A stretch of DNA of 64,000 bases from Chiloscyllium plagiosum (Eukaryota): positions 80,268,528 through 80,332,527 of the forward strand of contig NC_057711.1 in NCBI RefSeq assembly GCF_004010195.1, written 5' to 3'. Shown in pieces: positions 12,430 through 23,942 of this stretch. The notes beneath the pieces are model-generated. The model was not told where the DNA came from. It worked only from the letters and a program-made list of their open reading frames with translations, and ran no database searches. A program made the position numbers and the translations under genes. Within the stretch, counting starts at the first letter, position 1, and each line of letters begins with the position of its first letter.

Positions 12430-13920
12430 CTATATCCCAGCATTTGAAGTGCGCATCCAAATGCTTCATACATGTGAGAGTCCCTGTATCCCTACCCTCT
12501 CAGGCAGCACATTGCACTTACTACCAACACTGGGTGAAAAAAAAAATTCTCAGATCCCCTCTAAACCATTTGCTCCTCACCTTAAATTTATAATCTCTGG
12601 TCTTAGGCAGGTCTGCTGTGGGGAAAAGTTTCTCATTATCAATTCTGTGTATGCCTCTCATAATTTTGTTCACTCAATCAAATCGCCCCTCGGCCTCTTC
12701 TACTCCAAGGAAAACAAACCAAGCTGATCTAGTCTCTCCTCAAAACTGAGACTTTTCATCACAAACAACATTCTGGTGAATCTCCTCTGCACACTCTCCA
12801 AGCCAATCATGATTTTCCAGTAGCATGGCAACCAGAACTGCACACAGTATTCCATCTGTGGCCGAACCATTTTTTTTAATGACGTTGTAACAAGATATCC
12901 ATGCTTCTATATTCTACTCCATTAATGAAACCAAGAAGCCCATATGTCTTCTTAACCGCACAGTTTACTTATGCTGACACCTTCAGGAAGTCAATGGCCT
13001 TGTTCCAATGTTCTTCAGTATTCACTAGGGATCCACCATTCATTGTATATATCCTTCCCTTATTGGACCTCCCAAATGCATCATGGCATACTTACCAGGA
13101 TTAAATTCCATCTGCCTTTGCTTTGCCCAATTTACTAGCTTATCAATATTAGACTGTAGTCTGATCACTATCAACAGTGCCACCAATTTTCCTGTCATCT
13201 AAAAACTTACTAATTATTCCTTCACATCCAAGTTGTTAAGGTACTTTTCAAACAGCAAGGGTCCCAACACTGATGCATGTGGTACACCACTGGAGACAGG
13301 CTTCTATTTACGAAAACCTCCCATTGCAATCATCCTTTACCTCCTGTTTGCAAGCCATTACTGGAACCAATTTATGAAATTGTCTTGATTCCCAAGGCCA
13401 TGGACCTTTTGGACCAGCTGTCCATATGGGCCCTCATCTGAAGGCCATGTAAACAGAATCAAGTACACTACCCTCATCGATATATTTGATCACACTTCCA
13501 AAATCTCAGAATTGTCAAACAGAATCTCTGTTTAACAAATCTGTGTTGATTATCCCTGATCAATCCTTATCTTTCCAAGATTGATTGTCCCTCAGAATAT
13601 TTCCAATAGTTTCCCTACCACTGACATTAGACTGCTCTGTACTTAGCTGGCCTATCCCCACTGCCCAAAGGGACCACATTAGCTCTCCTCCAGTCTTATG
13701 CCACTTCACCTGTAGCCAGCAAAGTATTAAATATCTCCACCATGGCCCTGGAAATTTCCTCCTTTAATTCCTGTAGCAGTCTGGGATGCATCTCATCAGG
13801 CTTTGGGGATTAATGCACCTTCATGCCCGCTACAGCATCCTTATTAATCTTAACATGTTCTAAGACCTCACCATCCAAACTGAAGTCCCCGGCTACAATG
13901 TCTTTCTCCTTTATGAACAC
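12430..13920 (-). mobile_element. Degenerate CR1 LINE (RT region)
   Basis: ccagaactgcacacagtattcc, tgtcatctaaaaactt, ggtacaccactg are reverse complements of CR1 RT motifs (GVPQGS, K/FADD, YCVQFW). Confidence 0.75.
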
Positions 13921-13927
13921 AGGCGAG

Positions 13928-14122
13928 ATGTATGTGTGGAGTTTGCATGTTCTCCCCGTGTCTGCGTGGGTTTCCTCCGGGTGCTCCGGTTTCCTCCCAC
14001 AGTCCAAAGATGTGCAGGTCAGGTGAAATGTAGGGGTATGGGTGGGTTGCGCTTCAGCGGGTCGGTGTGGACTTGTTGGGCTGAAGAGCCTGTTTCCATA
14101 CTGTAATGTAATGTAATCTAAT
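13928..14122 (+). mobile_element. HE1-like SINE, 5'-truncated, low divergence
   Basis: gtgtggagtttgcatgttctccccgtgtctgcgtgggtttcctccgggtgctccgg...; (taatg/taatc)n tail; CpGs retained. Confidence 0.85.
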
Positions 14123-14139
14123 CTTTCTCTCAGGACTAA

Positions 14140-15330
14140 CCCTGGTTTTGTTATCAAACCTGCCAATTAAGGGTAGTGCCATTGTCGTCTTGCACAACAA
14201 CTTTTATCGGGCAGAGACTGAGTGCCAGTGCTCAGAAACTTCCATCTTGCTCTTCCTGGTCAAGACCCGACTATTGAACATCAAACTGCTTAGAACTGAT
14301 ACTGACCTCCTTTCCTCTGGAGATCTCCTTCCCACAATTTCCCATCCCATTGTTCCCAAGCCCTGGTCAGCTTGTTTCTACCTCCTTCCCAAAATCCACA
14401 AGCAATGTTGCCCATTGATGCAGCCATTTCCTGTTCCACTGAACTTATTTTTTCCAAGCATGATTATATTTTCTACCCCACTTGTTCAGTCTCTTCCCAC
14501 TTCCATTTCTGATGCCTTTGTAAGTTCCACAACTTCTAGTTTCCTAGCCCTAGCCTTGTTCACCATGAATGTGCAATCCCTTGAATCTCTAACAAATTGT
14601 TTCATATCAGGATGGATTGAAGGTCCTTCTCTTCTTCCTGGAAAAGAGACCTGAACAGTCTTCATCCCTGTTTCACCATACATGGTCTCCAGGTTTAGCT
14701 TGTTCTCACTTTGAGCAACTTCTCCTCTAACTGGTCTAATTCTCTCCAAATCAAATGTCTGGCCATGGGTATCCTTATGGGTCCCAGTTATCTCTAACTT
14801 TGTAGGGTATGTGAGGTATTCCTTGCTCCAGTCATACTTGGGTCTCCACCCACAATATTTTCTCTAATACATCTATTATGTCATCGGTGCCGTTTCCTTT
14901 TCTCATCCAGAATTGACTAACTACATCAACTTCATTTCCAATTTCTCATCTTCACTTGGTCTATCTTTGACTTGACCTTTCCCTGTCTTGATTTCACTGA
15001 TCTATTTTGAGGCAAGGCTGTTCACTAATGTCCATTACAAGCCCACGGAATCCCACTGTTACTCTGTTTCCTGAATTGCATTCAATTCTCCCTGTTACTC
15101 CAGTGCCGTTGCAACTTTATCGATGATGCCACTTTCTACAGATGTGCCTCTGACATATCCTCCTTTCCCTTCAATTGACGATTCTCACACTGTTGTAGAT
15201 AGAGCCTTCAACCATTTCTGACCAATTTTCTGCACTCATACCCTCAGTCCTTCCTTTCCCTCTCAGAATAATGATAGGGTCCCCCTTGCCCTCTCTTTCC
15301 AACTTACCGGTCTCTGCATTTAACGGGTTA
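14140..15330 (+). mobile_element. Penelope-like element RT remnant
   Basis: VIKPAIKGSAIVV (cf. PADKG), FYLLPKIHK, LFTMNVQSL and AMG..MGPSY motifs in shifting frames. Confidence 0.8.
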
Positions 15331-15625
15331 TAGAGCCATCGAGGTTTACAGCCCTGAAACGACTGTTTTGCCCAAAGTGTCCACGTCAGTCAATAAAAAA
15401 ACCAAGCTGTCCTAACCCCGTTTTCCAGCACTTGTCCCACAGCATTATATGCCTTGACATTGCAAGTGTACACCTAAATACTTCTTAAATGTTATGAGGG
15501 TTCCTGCTTCTATCACCCTTACAGACTGAGTTCCAGATTTCCACAACCCCGTGAGTGAAAAAGGTTTTCCTCACATTCCCTCTAAACCTTCAGTCCCTTA
15601 ATTTAAATCTATGTTGCCCACTCTC
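15330..15625 (-). mobile_element. CR1 LINE 3' end
   Basis: tacttcttaaatgttatgagggttcctgcttc...gagttccagat...gtgagtgaaaaaggttttcctc. Confidence 0.65.
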
Positions 15626-16379
15626 CAGAGCTACCTAATTGCAGCCTAATTCCAAAATGTATTTTTCCCCTGCCACATTTGTTTAAATCAACCTTTGGTC
15701 TATTTTGTCTGTTTGCAAGGAAAGTGGGTTTATCCATTTGGTAGCTTGAAATGACTCGGAGGTTAAGATGGTGATCCCCTTTATTGCCATTGCCAAAGCC
15801 ATCCCACTGGTCAAGGTTCTCCTCAGATCATACTTTGTTATGTGGAATATATCCATCATTACCTTCCTTCTGATTTATTCACACATTCCTGATGAGGTAT
15901 GAATAAGTTTGCCTCAGATGCAAGTACATCTCCTTAGCAACCTTTTTTTCATTTTCTCCATTTATCTCCAAGTATCTCAAGCACAATGGAGCTGTAAGTA
16001 CAAGATCCATTTTGGCAATTTTTATACAATATCCAAAGACATAGATTTATTTCAGAATGATAAGGAGAAAATTGCTGCCCTTTATATCCATTATTTACAC
16101 TGGCAATGCACAAAAAATGATTTTTGAGTACAAAGTAAGATTATGTAACTGCTTTTATTTCATTGAATTACCATCAGTTTATTTTTTGTAATGATGCTGT
16201 CACACTTCCTGCTGATACCAGTCAAAATTAGCAGTCTGTAAATCTGTGTGCTATAATTGAGGGACTGGCCTAAATTTTAACGTTCTTTGTTAGTGCATGC
16301 AATACAATGACCTGAATTTCTACTCCCACATTACTTCCTTTTTCTTCTTTCACAGAATGACAGCCTTACGGCATTTGCT

Positions 16380-16660
16380 ACTATTGAAAAGCCACCTTCT
16401 GGAACTGTTGCAGGCTAACTGATGAAGATATACCCACAGTTCTGTTAAAAACAGAATTCTAGGATTCTGAACCTGCAAAAATAAAGGAACAACGTTTTAG
16501 TTCCAAGTCTGGATGATGTGTGCCTTCAAGGGGAACTTGTAGGTGTTGGTTTTCCCAATGTCTGCTGCCCTTGTTCTTCTAAGTAGGGGATGTTGTGAGT
16601 TTGGAAGGTACTGTCGAAGGAAGATTGGTGAGTTGTTGTAATGCAAAATATGAAAATTAG
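16380..16660 (-). mobile_element. Old LINE 3' fragment
   Basis: gaattctaggattctgaacc...ttccaagtctggatgatgtgtg...tctgctgcccttgttcttcta. Confidence 0.5.
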
Positions 16661-19088
16661 GATGGTCACTTTTTGGCTGATGGTCATGAGAACTTGCAAC
16701 ATTTCCAATGTCGACAATAACATCTCAGAATTAACTCACTTCACTCCTGTCTTTCATCTTTAATCAGAGGGCAGCTGACATACAATGAACAACAATCTTG
16801 TATTCAGTGATTCTCACCTCTCGTTGACTACTATATTAGATGGAATTCCTCAAGCAAGGAAGATATGTTTTTGCAGAGGACTTTATTTTCAGCATCTGTA
16901 CTGTCAAACTTTAATCAATTCTATTGTTATTTGAATATGGAAGAGTGATATCAGTGATATGCTGTCCCATACAGTTGGGGAGAAAACAGCAACATGAAGC
17001 AAAGAAATGGTAAGAAAATGCAATAAACAAAGCAACTAAGATGCATTGATTTCAATTAGTTGAGACCTTCTTTTGCTTGAACATGATAGCTCCTTCACTA
17101 ATCAAATTGACTATCTCAACTAAGTGCAGCATAATCAGTTGAATTCTGCATTACATATCAGATAATGCTACGCTTCCAGGTTATTTCATCAATAACTTAA
17201 ATGTGTTTTCCTCTCAGTTCACAGAATCATCTCCGATTTCAAAAATATCTGCAGTAGATCAGAGTGATATCCTAACCTATGCAAAATGAAATCTATTCAT
17301 TGATAATTATTGAAATGTCAATTTTGATCCTTAGGATATTTTAAAGTGCTTTTAAAAGATGGTCAGTAATGGAAGAAGCAATTTATCTTATAGTAATATT
17401 ATTATATATTAAGCATTGTTGACAGAGGCGATACTGACAAAATTGTGGGGAATTTTGACTTCCTGATAGTTGACCAATGATTTACATAACTCTGTAGCAA
17501 AAGCCTTGGACCATATTGAAGGATGAATTTCATTAACAAAAAGTGCCACACTTTGAATTCTGAATGGGTGGCCTGTGGTAGTTTACTAGCTCTGGGTGAT
17601 GTGATCTTGGTTCACCCAGAAACCAATTGGCCAGAAGCTGGGCAGTCCAAAGGGACAATCACGATGGGTAGGACAAGGAAGTGGCCCAGTGATGGGAGAT
17701 TGCTGTGGAATCTGAGGTAACAGAAGTCTACAGTAATATTCTGGAGCACAGAAGCAATGTTTCTTTTCTTGGCCCCACAATGAATAATGGTCGTATTGAT
17801 CATTTTGGGTTGATTCTTTTGTATACCAGATTTCACTGATCAATGTCTCAATGGTACATATTGAAATTATATTTGGATTGTACATAACACATTGTACCCT
17901 ATTTATATAGATTCCTGAAGTTTGGGTCTAATTCAAGCTGGAGTCTCAGCATGACTAGTGAGGTCCAGACACAATAGGCTGTCAGGCCAGAATTAAATTG
18001 GGATGGTTACTGAGTTTTTCATTGCAACTGCCCCATTTTCAACAAATGGAAACACTTAGATTACTTCCAAAGGAAATTGGAGTGAAAAGCTCCTGAGATT
18101 TCATGGAAATGGGTAGTTCTAAGTCTATAGTCCAAGGATGTTTCCCTATGAATTCGGCAAATATTATTTCCACTTTTATTGACTGTATTAATGATTATTC
18201 TTCATCTGGAGGATAATACGCAACTTGCTCAGACTCTACTACTCAAGTAATGCTTATCCTGACTGACATCCAACTGCTTCTTCATATCAATGTTCCTGCA
18301 TACTGATGGACATAATTGTCCTTCACCCTTCATCCATGCAAGAGGGCATCAGCAGACCACCAGTTTCAGCACATCACCACACCCACTCTTTGACCAATTC
18401 TGACACCACTTCAGTCCTTCAATGCATTAATTTGGAGGTCAGGGACACCTGTGACTTACATGATTCTGAAAGGTTGCTATGCACACAGAGACAGACACAC
18501 ATATCACTCATGTACATTGGATGTTTTTGCACTGACATCTCTACATACAACTTATAGTCCTTAGCTTGCTTTCTCAGCACTTGCTTTCTTTAATGTTTTT
18601 GTGAATTTGCCAGCTTCTGTCCGTTGCTTTTTTAATTACTCATTGACTTGAGCACTGACTTACAAGCTGCCAACCTCTGGTTAGCTCGCATTGCTTTTTT
18701 TAGTGCACAAGATCTTTCACAGTCATTTTTCCTCAGTTACAGGCTGACAACTTCTTTATGTTATATTGTGAGGCAAGCAGCTTTTTATGGTGGGGAGCAT
18801 CAAACAATCAGAGGAAAGTAGTCCTTCGTGGGCAGAAGGTTGACTAGCTGGTGAGTGGTATTGCTATACTCAATCACAAAACTTGTCTGACTCCAATATC
18901 GAGAGTTGGCATAGCACTTAAGCTCACAAATCCTTGTTCTTGCGATCCACGAATTAGGTCACAATCAGTCATGCATGTCAAATAAGAGCAGTACATAGAT
19001 TTCAGGTCAGTAAGTCAGGGTGCTGTGGAAACAATTCTCTGGTACATGGGCCGTGGTCAGACTGACTGTCCTGACAAGTCAGTCCAGG

Positions 19089-19217
19089 TAGAGTCACCGA
19101 ACCCAAACATTAACTCGGATTTCTCTTTATGGATACTGCCAGATCTGCTGAGCTTTTCCAGCAACTTCTGTTTTTGTTTCTGATTTACAGCATCCACAGT
19201 TCTTACAATTTCGTTTT
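19089..19217 (+). mobile_element. Penelope-like 3' end with perfect 13-bp TSD
   Basis: Flanked by aagtcagtccagg at 19076-19088 and 19218-19230; contains gatctgctgagcttttccagcaacttctgtttttgtttctgatttacagcatc. Confidence 0.75.
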
Positions 19218-20031
19218 AAGTCAGTCCAGGGGTTGAAACAAGATCAGTGATGGAGATTTGGTTGTTAATATGTGTGTGGCTTATCAGGAAACCATTCATG
19301 GTGCCCAGAGAAAGCAGATAGCACAATTTTGAGGAAGGACTTCATTAAATTGGGAGACTGAGTGAATGGACACTTTGAAAGGGGTTGATTTGAGCTAAAC
19401 ATAGAGCTCAAATATAAAATTCCTATAACCATGTTCAGATTGAACAGAATAATTATTGCTTTTTTCTCTACAGAACAGAGAATTAATCTTGGATTTTGAG
19501 ACCTGGCTAGACAATCAGTCATCATAACTGCTGATTCAGTAATGGCTATCAGGCTTGAAGTTGTATTTCACCTCAACTCATTCATTGTCTAAGGATCCAG
19601 ATTAAAATGTATGATTTGCACAATCAAGAGCATTACATTATGCACACTAACTGCCTCATTGCCATGTCAGATAAGCAACTATAAAGAGGAAAATGTACAT
19701 AAAAGTAGAACTGGCATTTCCGTTTCACAACCACTTTCCATCGCAACTAGTAAGAGACAATGCTCTGCAGTTGCCAGATTGGTACATGGAAATGGAAGCA
19801 TACAAGTACATGGACTGATTGTGGAAGGGGGCTTTCTTTTTGGGGAGGCCATCATAGTGGTGTATTGGAGCTGACTTTCATGCTGGCTTACTGACAAAAT
19901 CTACTCCTAATGTAACATGAAAACTTTGATGGTGCAATATAAAATTTGATATGATCTCATACTTCAAAGATCCTATGGAAATGTGGACAATGACCTCCTT
20001 GGTAATCTTTAATAACACATTAAATGAAGGC

Positions 20032-20060
20032 ATAGGGTTAAGGTTAGGGTTAAGGTTAGG
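20032..20060 (+). repeat. Short TTAGGG/TTAAGG-like repeat
   Basis: atagggttaaggttagggttaaggttagg. Confidence 0.6.
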
Positions 20061-20139
20061 CTTCATTGTTGTGGATGTGAAGGTTTAGATAAAATTGATA
20101 AAATCTTTGATAAAATTGTGTTATTCTGTGATATTTCCC

Positions 20140-20560
20140 AGAGATTACCACATCTCCTACATGATGAACAATGTCTCCAGAGTCATTGTGATCTTTGTGT
20201 AATGCTGAAGGCAAAGTAGAAGGAGACAGATGACAACTTCAAGCTGTGGCTAGGGATACACTTTTGGCTTTCTGAAAATAAATGGACTGTTCTGGTAAGG
20301 GTCTTGCAAAATAGCTCAGAAAGTGTGTCAGTTATCTTTGTGGCATCGTGTACTCTTTACAACTGAAGCCAACAAAGGTGGGGAATGTTCTGGATGCAGA
20401 CAAAATGGGGAAACATAAATCTTCTCAGAATGTTGACAATAAGGCTGAGGGTCCAGTAATTATTCAGAAGGGACATCCAAGACAGCATTACAGTTCAATG
20501 AATTGTGGAGTTTGTAAGGCAAGAAAGAACCTAACTGAAACCTCCTTTCAGGATGAATAA
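20140..20560 (+). pseudogene. PIF/Harbinger (HARBI1-like) transposase C-terminal remnant
   Basis: From ~20282: MDCSGK/VLQNSSESVSVIFVASCTLYN*SQQR...ARKNLTETSFQDE*, compared with the recalled consensus LDRSGGALQYSPERVS.IIVACC.LHN.A..RG...AR..LI..RF. Confidence 0.6.
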
Positions 20561-21549
20561 GTTGGCTTTAGACTTTGTTGAATTACTTAGGATTCTACAG
20601 GTAACCTAACAACAGTTCCTGCTTAGTGCAAAGTGCTTAAGGACCTTATTATTTTCACAATCCTTGACCTTTTGCATTGCTAAATAAATGCTTCATTATC
20701 CAATGATAATGACAATCTTTGGGTAACATGTCCTAATGACTGTTAGGGGTCAAAATGTCAGTCAGTAAGGTAGTGCACTTACGTTAAATGGGGTTAAAGT
20801 TAAATAGTTCTTCAGGTATCTGTCAGGATATCCTTTCCAAGTATTATGTAGTGAACTTCCTCATGTTAACCATCAGATTTACTGGAATCCTGAGGAATCT
20901 CCATTTAATCCTTTGATCATCAGTCAACTAGCAATGTTTCAGAGTGCTCTTAGACTCCTAAGCTGCTCCAAGATGTTTGAGTACCCTCTGGATGCCCGCG
21001 AAACTGTAAGAGGCAGCACTTTGCCTGTCATTTCTTGGCCAAGAAATGTGCTGTTTTGAAAAAAAAAACTGATTTCCCTGCAGAGAAATGTGAAAGTATC
21101 ATTGATTCCATACTCTCACTCAGCAGGTTGCTCCAATGTTGGCCACACTGAAGTACAATACCTTGCCCGCAATTTTCATAGTCATAGTTTATAAATATTT
21201 GGTGCATGATGCTATCTGTAACCAAGGAGTTGGGTGCTCCTCAGGGTTGTGTAATGCTTTGCCATGGTACCTTCTTTCGTCCTTGGAAAGAAGCTGCCAT
21301 CTCTCACATCAGTGAAAATTATACTATAGCTGTCATTTAAACAGTGCCAGTGGATCTAACCTTACAAAGTCAAAAAATATTTACAATGGTACTTTACCTG
21401 TGCCATCTACGTGCCCTCACTGTTTTCTACTATCACTCCTTCTCATTATGCCTCAGTGCAGTTCTGACTTCTGAAGCGGGGTGGAAGGAATCTGCTCTGC
21501 AGTTGGCCTTATTGACTTGGATGGCATATTGCCCTCTGGTGCCTTCTGA

Positions 21550-22927
21550 TAAGATTGATGGAATGTAACTTTGTAAGCAAATCCAGCAGACACTGAGGGC
21601 ATAGGATCTGGCTCTGAAAGGTGGTCAGCAGCTGCTCATGCAAGCAACCAGATAAATGCTTTCTGGAGCCAACATTGATAACATTGGCAGCCTCCTCAAT
21701 CTAGTTTATCAAATGCCTCTGACAAACCTGCCTGCTGGTCCCCTGCTTCCAGTGCCGTTGACCAAGTCATTATTGGCCAAAAAACTTTGGCATTGCTGAG
21801 GCTAGACATCTGTGGCATTCTTCCTCAAACAGCTGTGGAGATGTGTCAATGATGTGCTCACAGATGGGGTTCCCGAGTTGAACTTAGGTAGGCTATCCAC
21901 TGAAGTGAAAGTCTCTGAGCTGGTACAGGGTACAGGTAAACATCTTGCCTGTGCATGGCCTGAAGGTTTAATGGCCTGAGGATATCTGCAATTGGCCTCT
22001 TTGTGGAGATTTACTGTGCAGAACTAGAGAGAAGACAGGGCATTAGATGAAGAAAATGAATAAAAACTTGTGCAGATTAAGAAAGTGATGGTGGTAACTG
22101 GAGAGCAGTGCAGCACAATGACACTTATTGGAACAAACACAGAAAATGCTGGAGAAACCCAACAGGCCTGGCAACATCTGTGGAGAGAGGAACAGTGTCC
22201 ACGTTTCGAATCCAGAGTGACTCTTCTTCAGAAATTTACTGAGTTGATTGTCTATTGAAGTCACCCAAGCCTCAGATCAGCTTTATCCAGCAAGATCTAC
22301 CATTTTCTCCTTGTAGAGAGTAAGGATCCTGATATCGACCAGCACACCAGCAACATTGGATCCTTCAGATTTGTAAGGGATAACTCTCTCTGCATTGGAA
22401 TGTAGGGAGGGATTGATTATGAAGGGAAGTGGCTGGAAGAAGAGTTAGTGGTGATGCAGGAGCAGAGGAGGAGTGATGTGACCCAGTGAATGCAGAGGAA
22501 ACCCAAAACACAAGAAGGGTTTGTGAGGGTGAGATGAGGAAGAGCTGTTGCGAGGAAAAGCTATATGCAATAGTGAGAATTGGAGTCCATGAGCCTGGGT
22601 GAGATATGTGTGTGGTGGCAGAGTTAGACTGAGAACTGGTCGTATAATGTGAAATAGCAAAGAAAGAATGGTGGACACTTATCCTCATGGACTGCAGAAG
22701 TTCACTGGAAACTCTTTCCACACTACGGGGTGTTACTTTACACCTGATACACAATGCAAACACTTAGACATCTGTTTCCAGGTTGGTTAAATCTCATAGT
22801 GCTAGCCTCTTGCATTGGTCCAGTGAAAGAAAAGTATGCCCTCCATTCCACTACCCTATCTACCCAACACTTCCAGGTCCTTGTTTGCAAAGCAGGGAGC
22901 TAGCTTACATTTCTTCTGTGCCCCCAT
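21550..22927 (-). pseudogene. Harbinger-associated Myb/SANT-like ORF remnant, intron-containing
   Basis: From 22927: MGAQKKCKLAPCFANKDLEVL/VDRVVEWR...TWKQMS...ELLQSMR, then a decayed donor ataagt; acceptor ccaatgcag (~22390) followed by ...GVLVDIRILTLYKEKMVDLAG. Confidence 0.6.
22128..22232 (-). mobile_element. Penelope-like 3' end
   Basis: aacaaacacagaaaatgctggagaaaccc...acgtttcgaatccagagtgactcttcttcaga. Confidence 0.7.
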
Positions 22928-23942
22928 GTCTTCAGTGATAATGGCTGAGCACCACATTATGAGGGCCAGTACCTAGCCCCCACTACATAAAGTGCTGTGT
23001 AGCTGGACCTTAAATATAATGCCAAAGGTACATGTGTCAGAATGGGAAATGCACCAGAGTGCCTAGTTGCATGAATAATAAAACAAAGAGTTAAAATGGT
23101 AGGAGAATTTTTGATGTGGGCCATGACAGACCAGGCACCATGAAGCTCATTGACCACCACACTTTAATGAAAATCTTACACCACTGAGTTTTCTGATTTA
23201 AAATGTTTGAAAACAGAATATTACATGTGGAAGAATATGAAAGCATAAAAGAATAAGGGTAGACATTCAATGAAATGATCAATGTGTCCTTTGTTCTCGT
23301 CTTTGCACTTTGTATGGACAGAACATTTGTTTTGATAAAGAATAGATCAGGAATGATGATGCATCAGTTAATAGCAGGACTCCTGTACCTATTATATCTA
23401 TTTGCAGCTGTGTATCATTGCAACATCTGTGCCATGTGTTCTTGCCTTAGTTTACAGAAGTACAATTGCCTTTCTCATTAATCACTACGATACGTATGGT
23501 GATAGTGATATGATGTATCATTAGTCACATTTTTTCAGTCTACAGCGAATTAATCTTGAAAACAGTTATGAATTTAAAATGTTCCAAACTCGCACAGTGA
23601 ATCCAATAGCCTGAGGTGAAGACGGTGATGCATTAACTCATCCAAATTGTTATCAGTCTTTGGTCGATCTCAAACTGGTTCCATAATCTCCTTTTGAATG
23701 GGCATTGAACTTTCTCAGAATCCATTTCAGGGAGAATTGATGGCATGGAACATAAAGCTAACTAATAGAATTACACCAACGGTGTGATTCTTCATGAAAT
23801 CATCAAAAGAACATTGCAAACTGTTTTTGTACTAGTTAAACTATAACATGTCACTATTTAAGTCCTGATGGGCTGTTCTGTTTGATCATTTGATAATAGT
23901 TGATGCAGATTAGACTAAAAATAGATTCTGATGGCTATAACA

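Noticed and set aside
13810..14166. Recurrent peptide LDCGRKPEHPEETHADTGRTCKLHT (also at 44233, 54648, 58976)
   Set aside because: Translation of the HE1 SINE core, not a protein family.
17586..17760. GC-richer stretch with overlapping ORFs
   Set aside because: No recognisable homology and no coherent splice pair.
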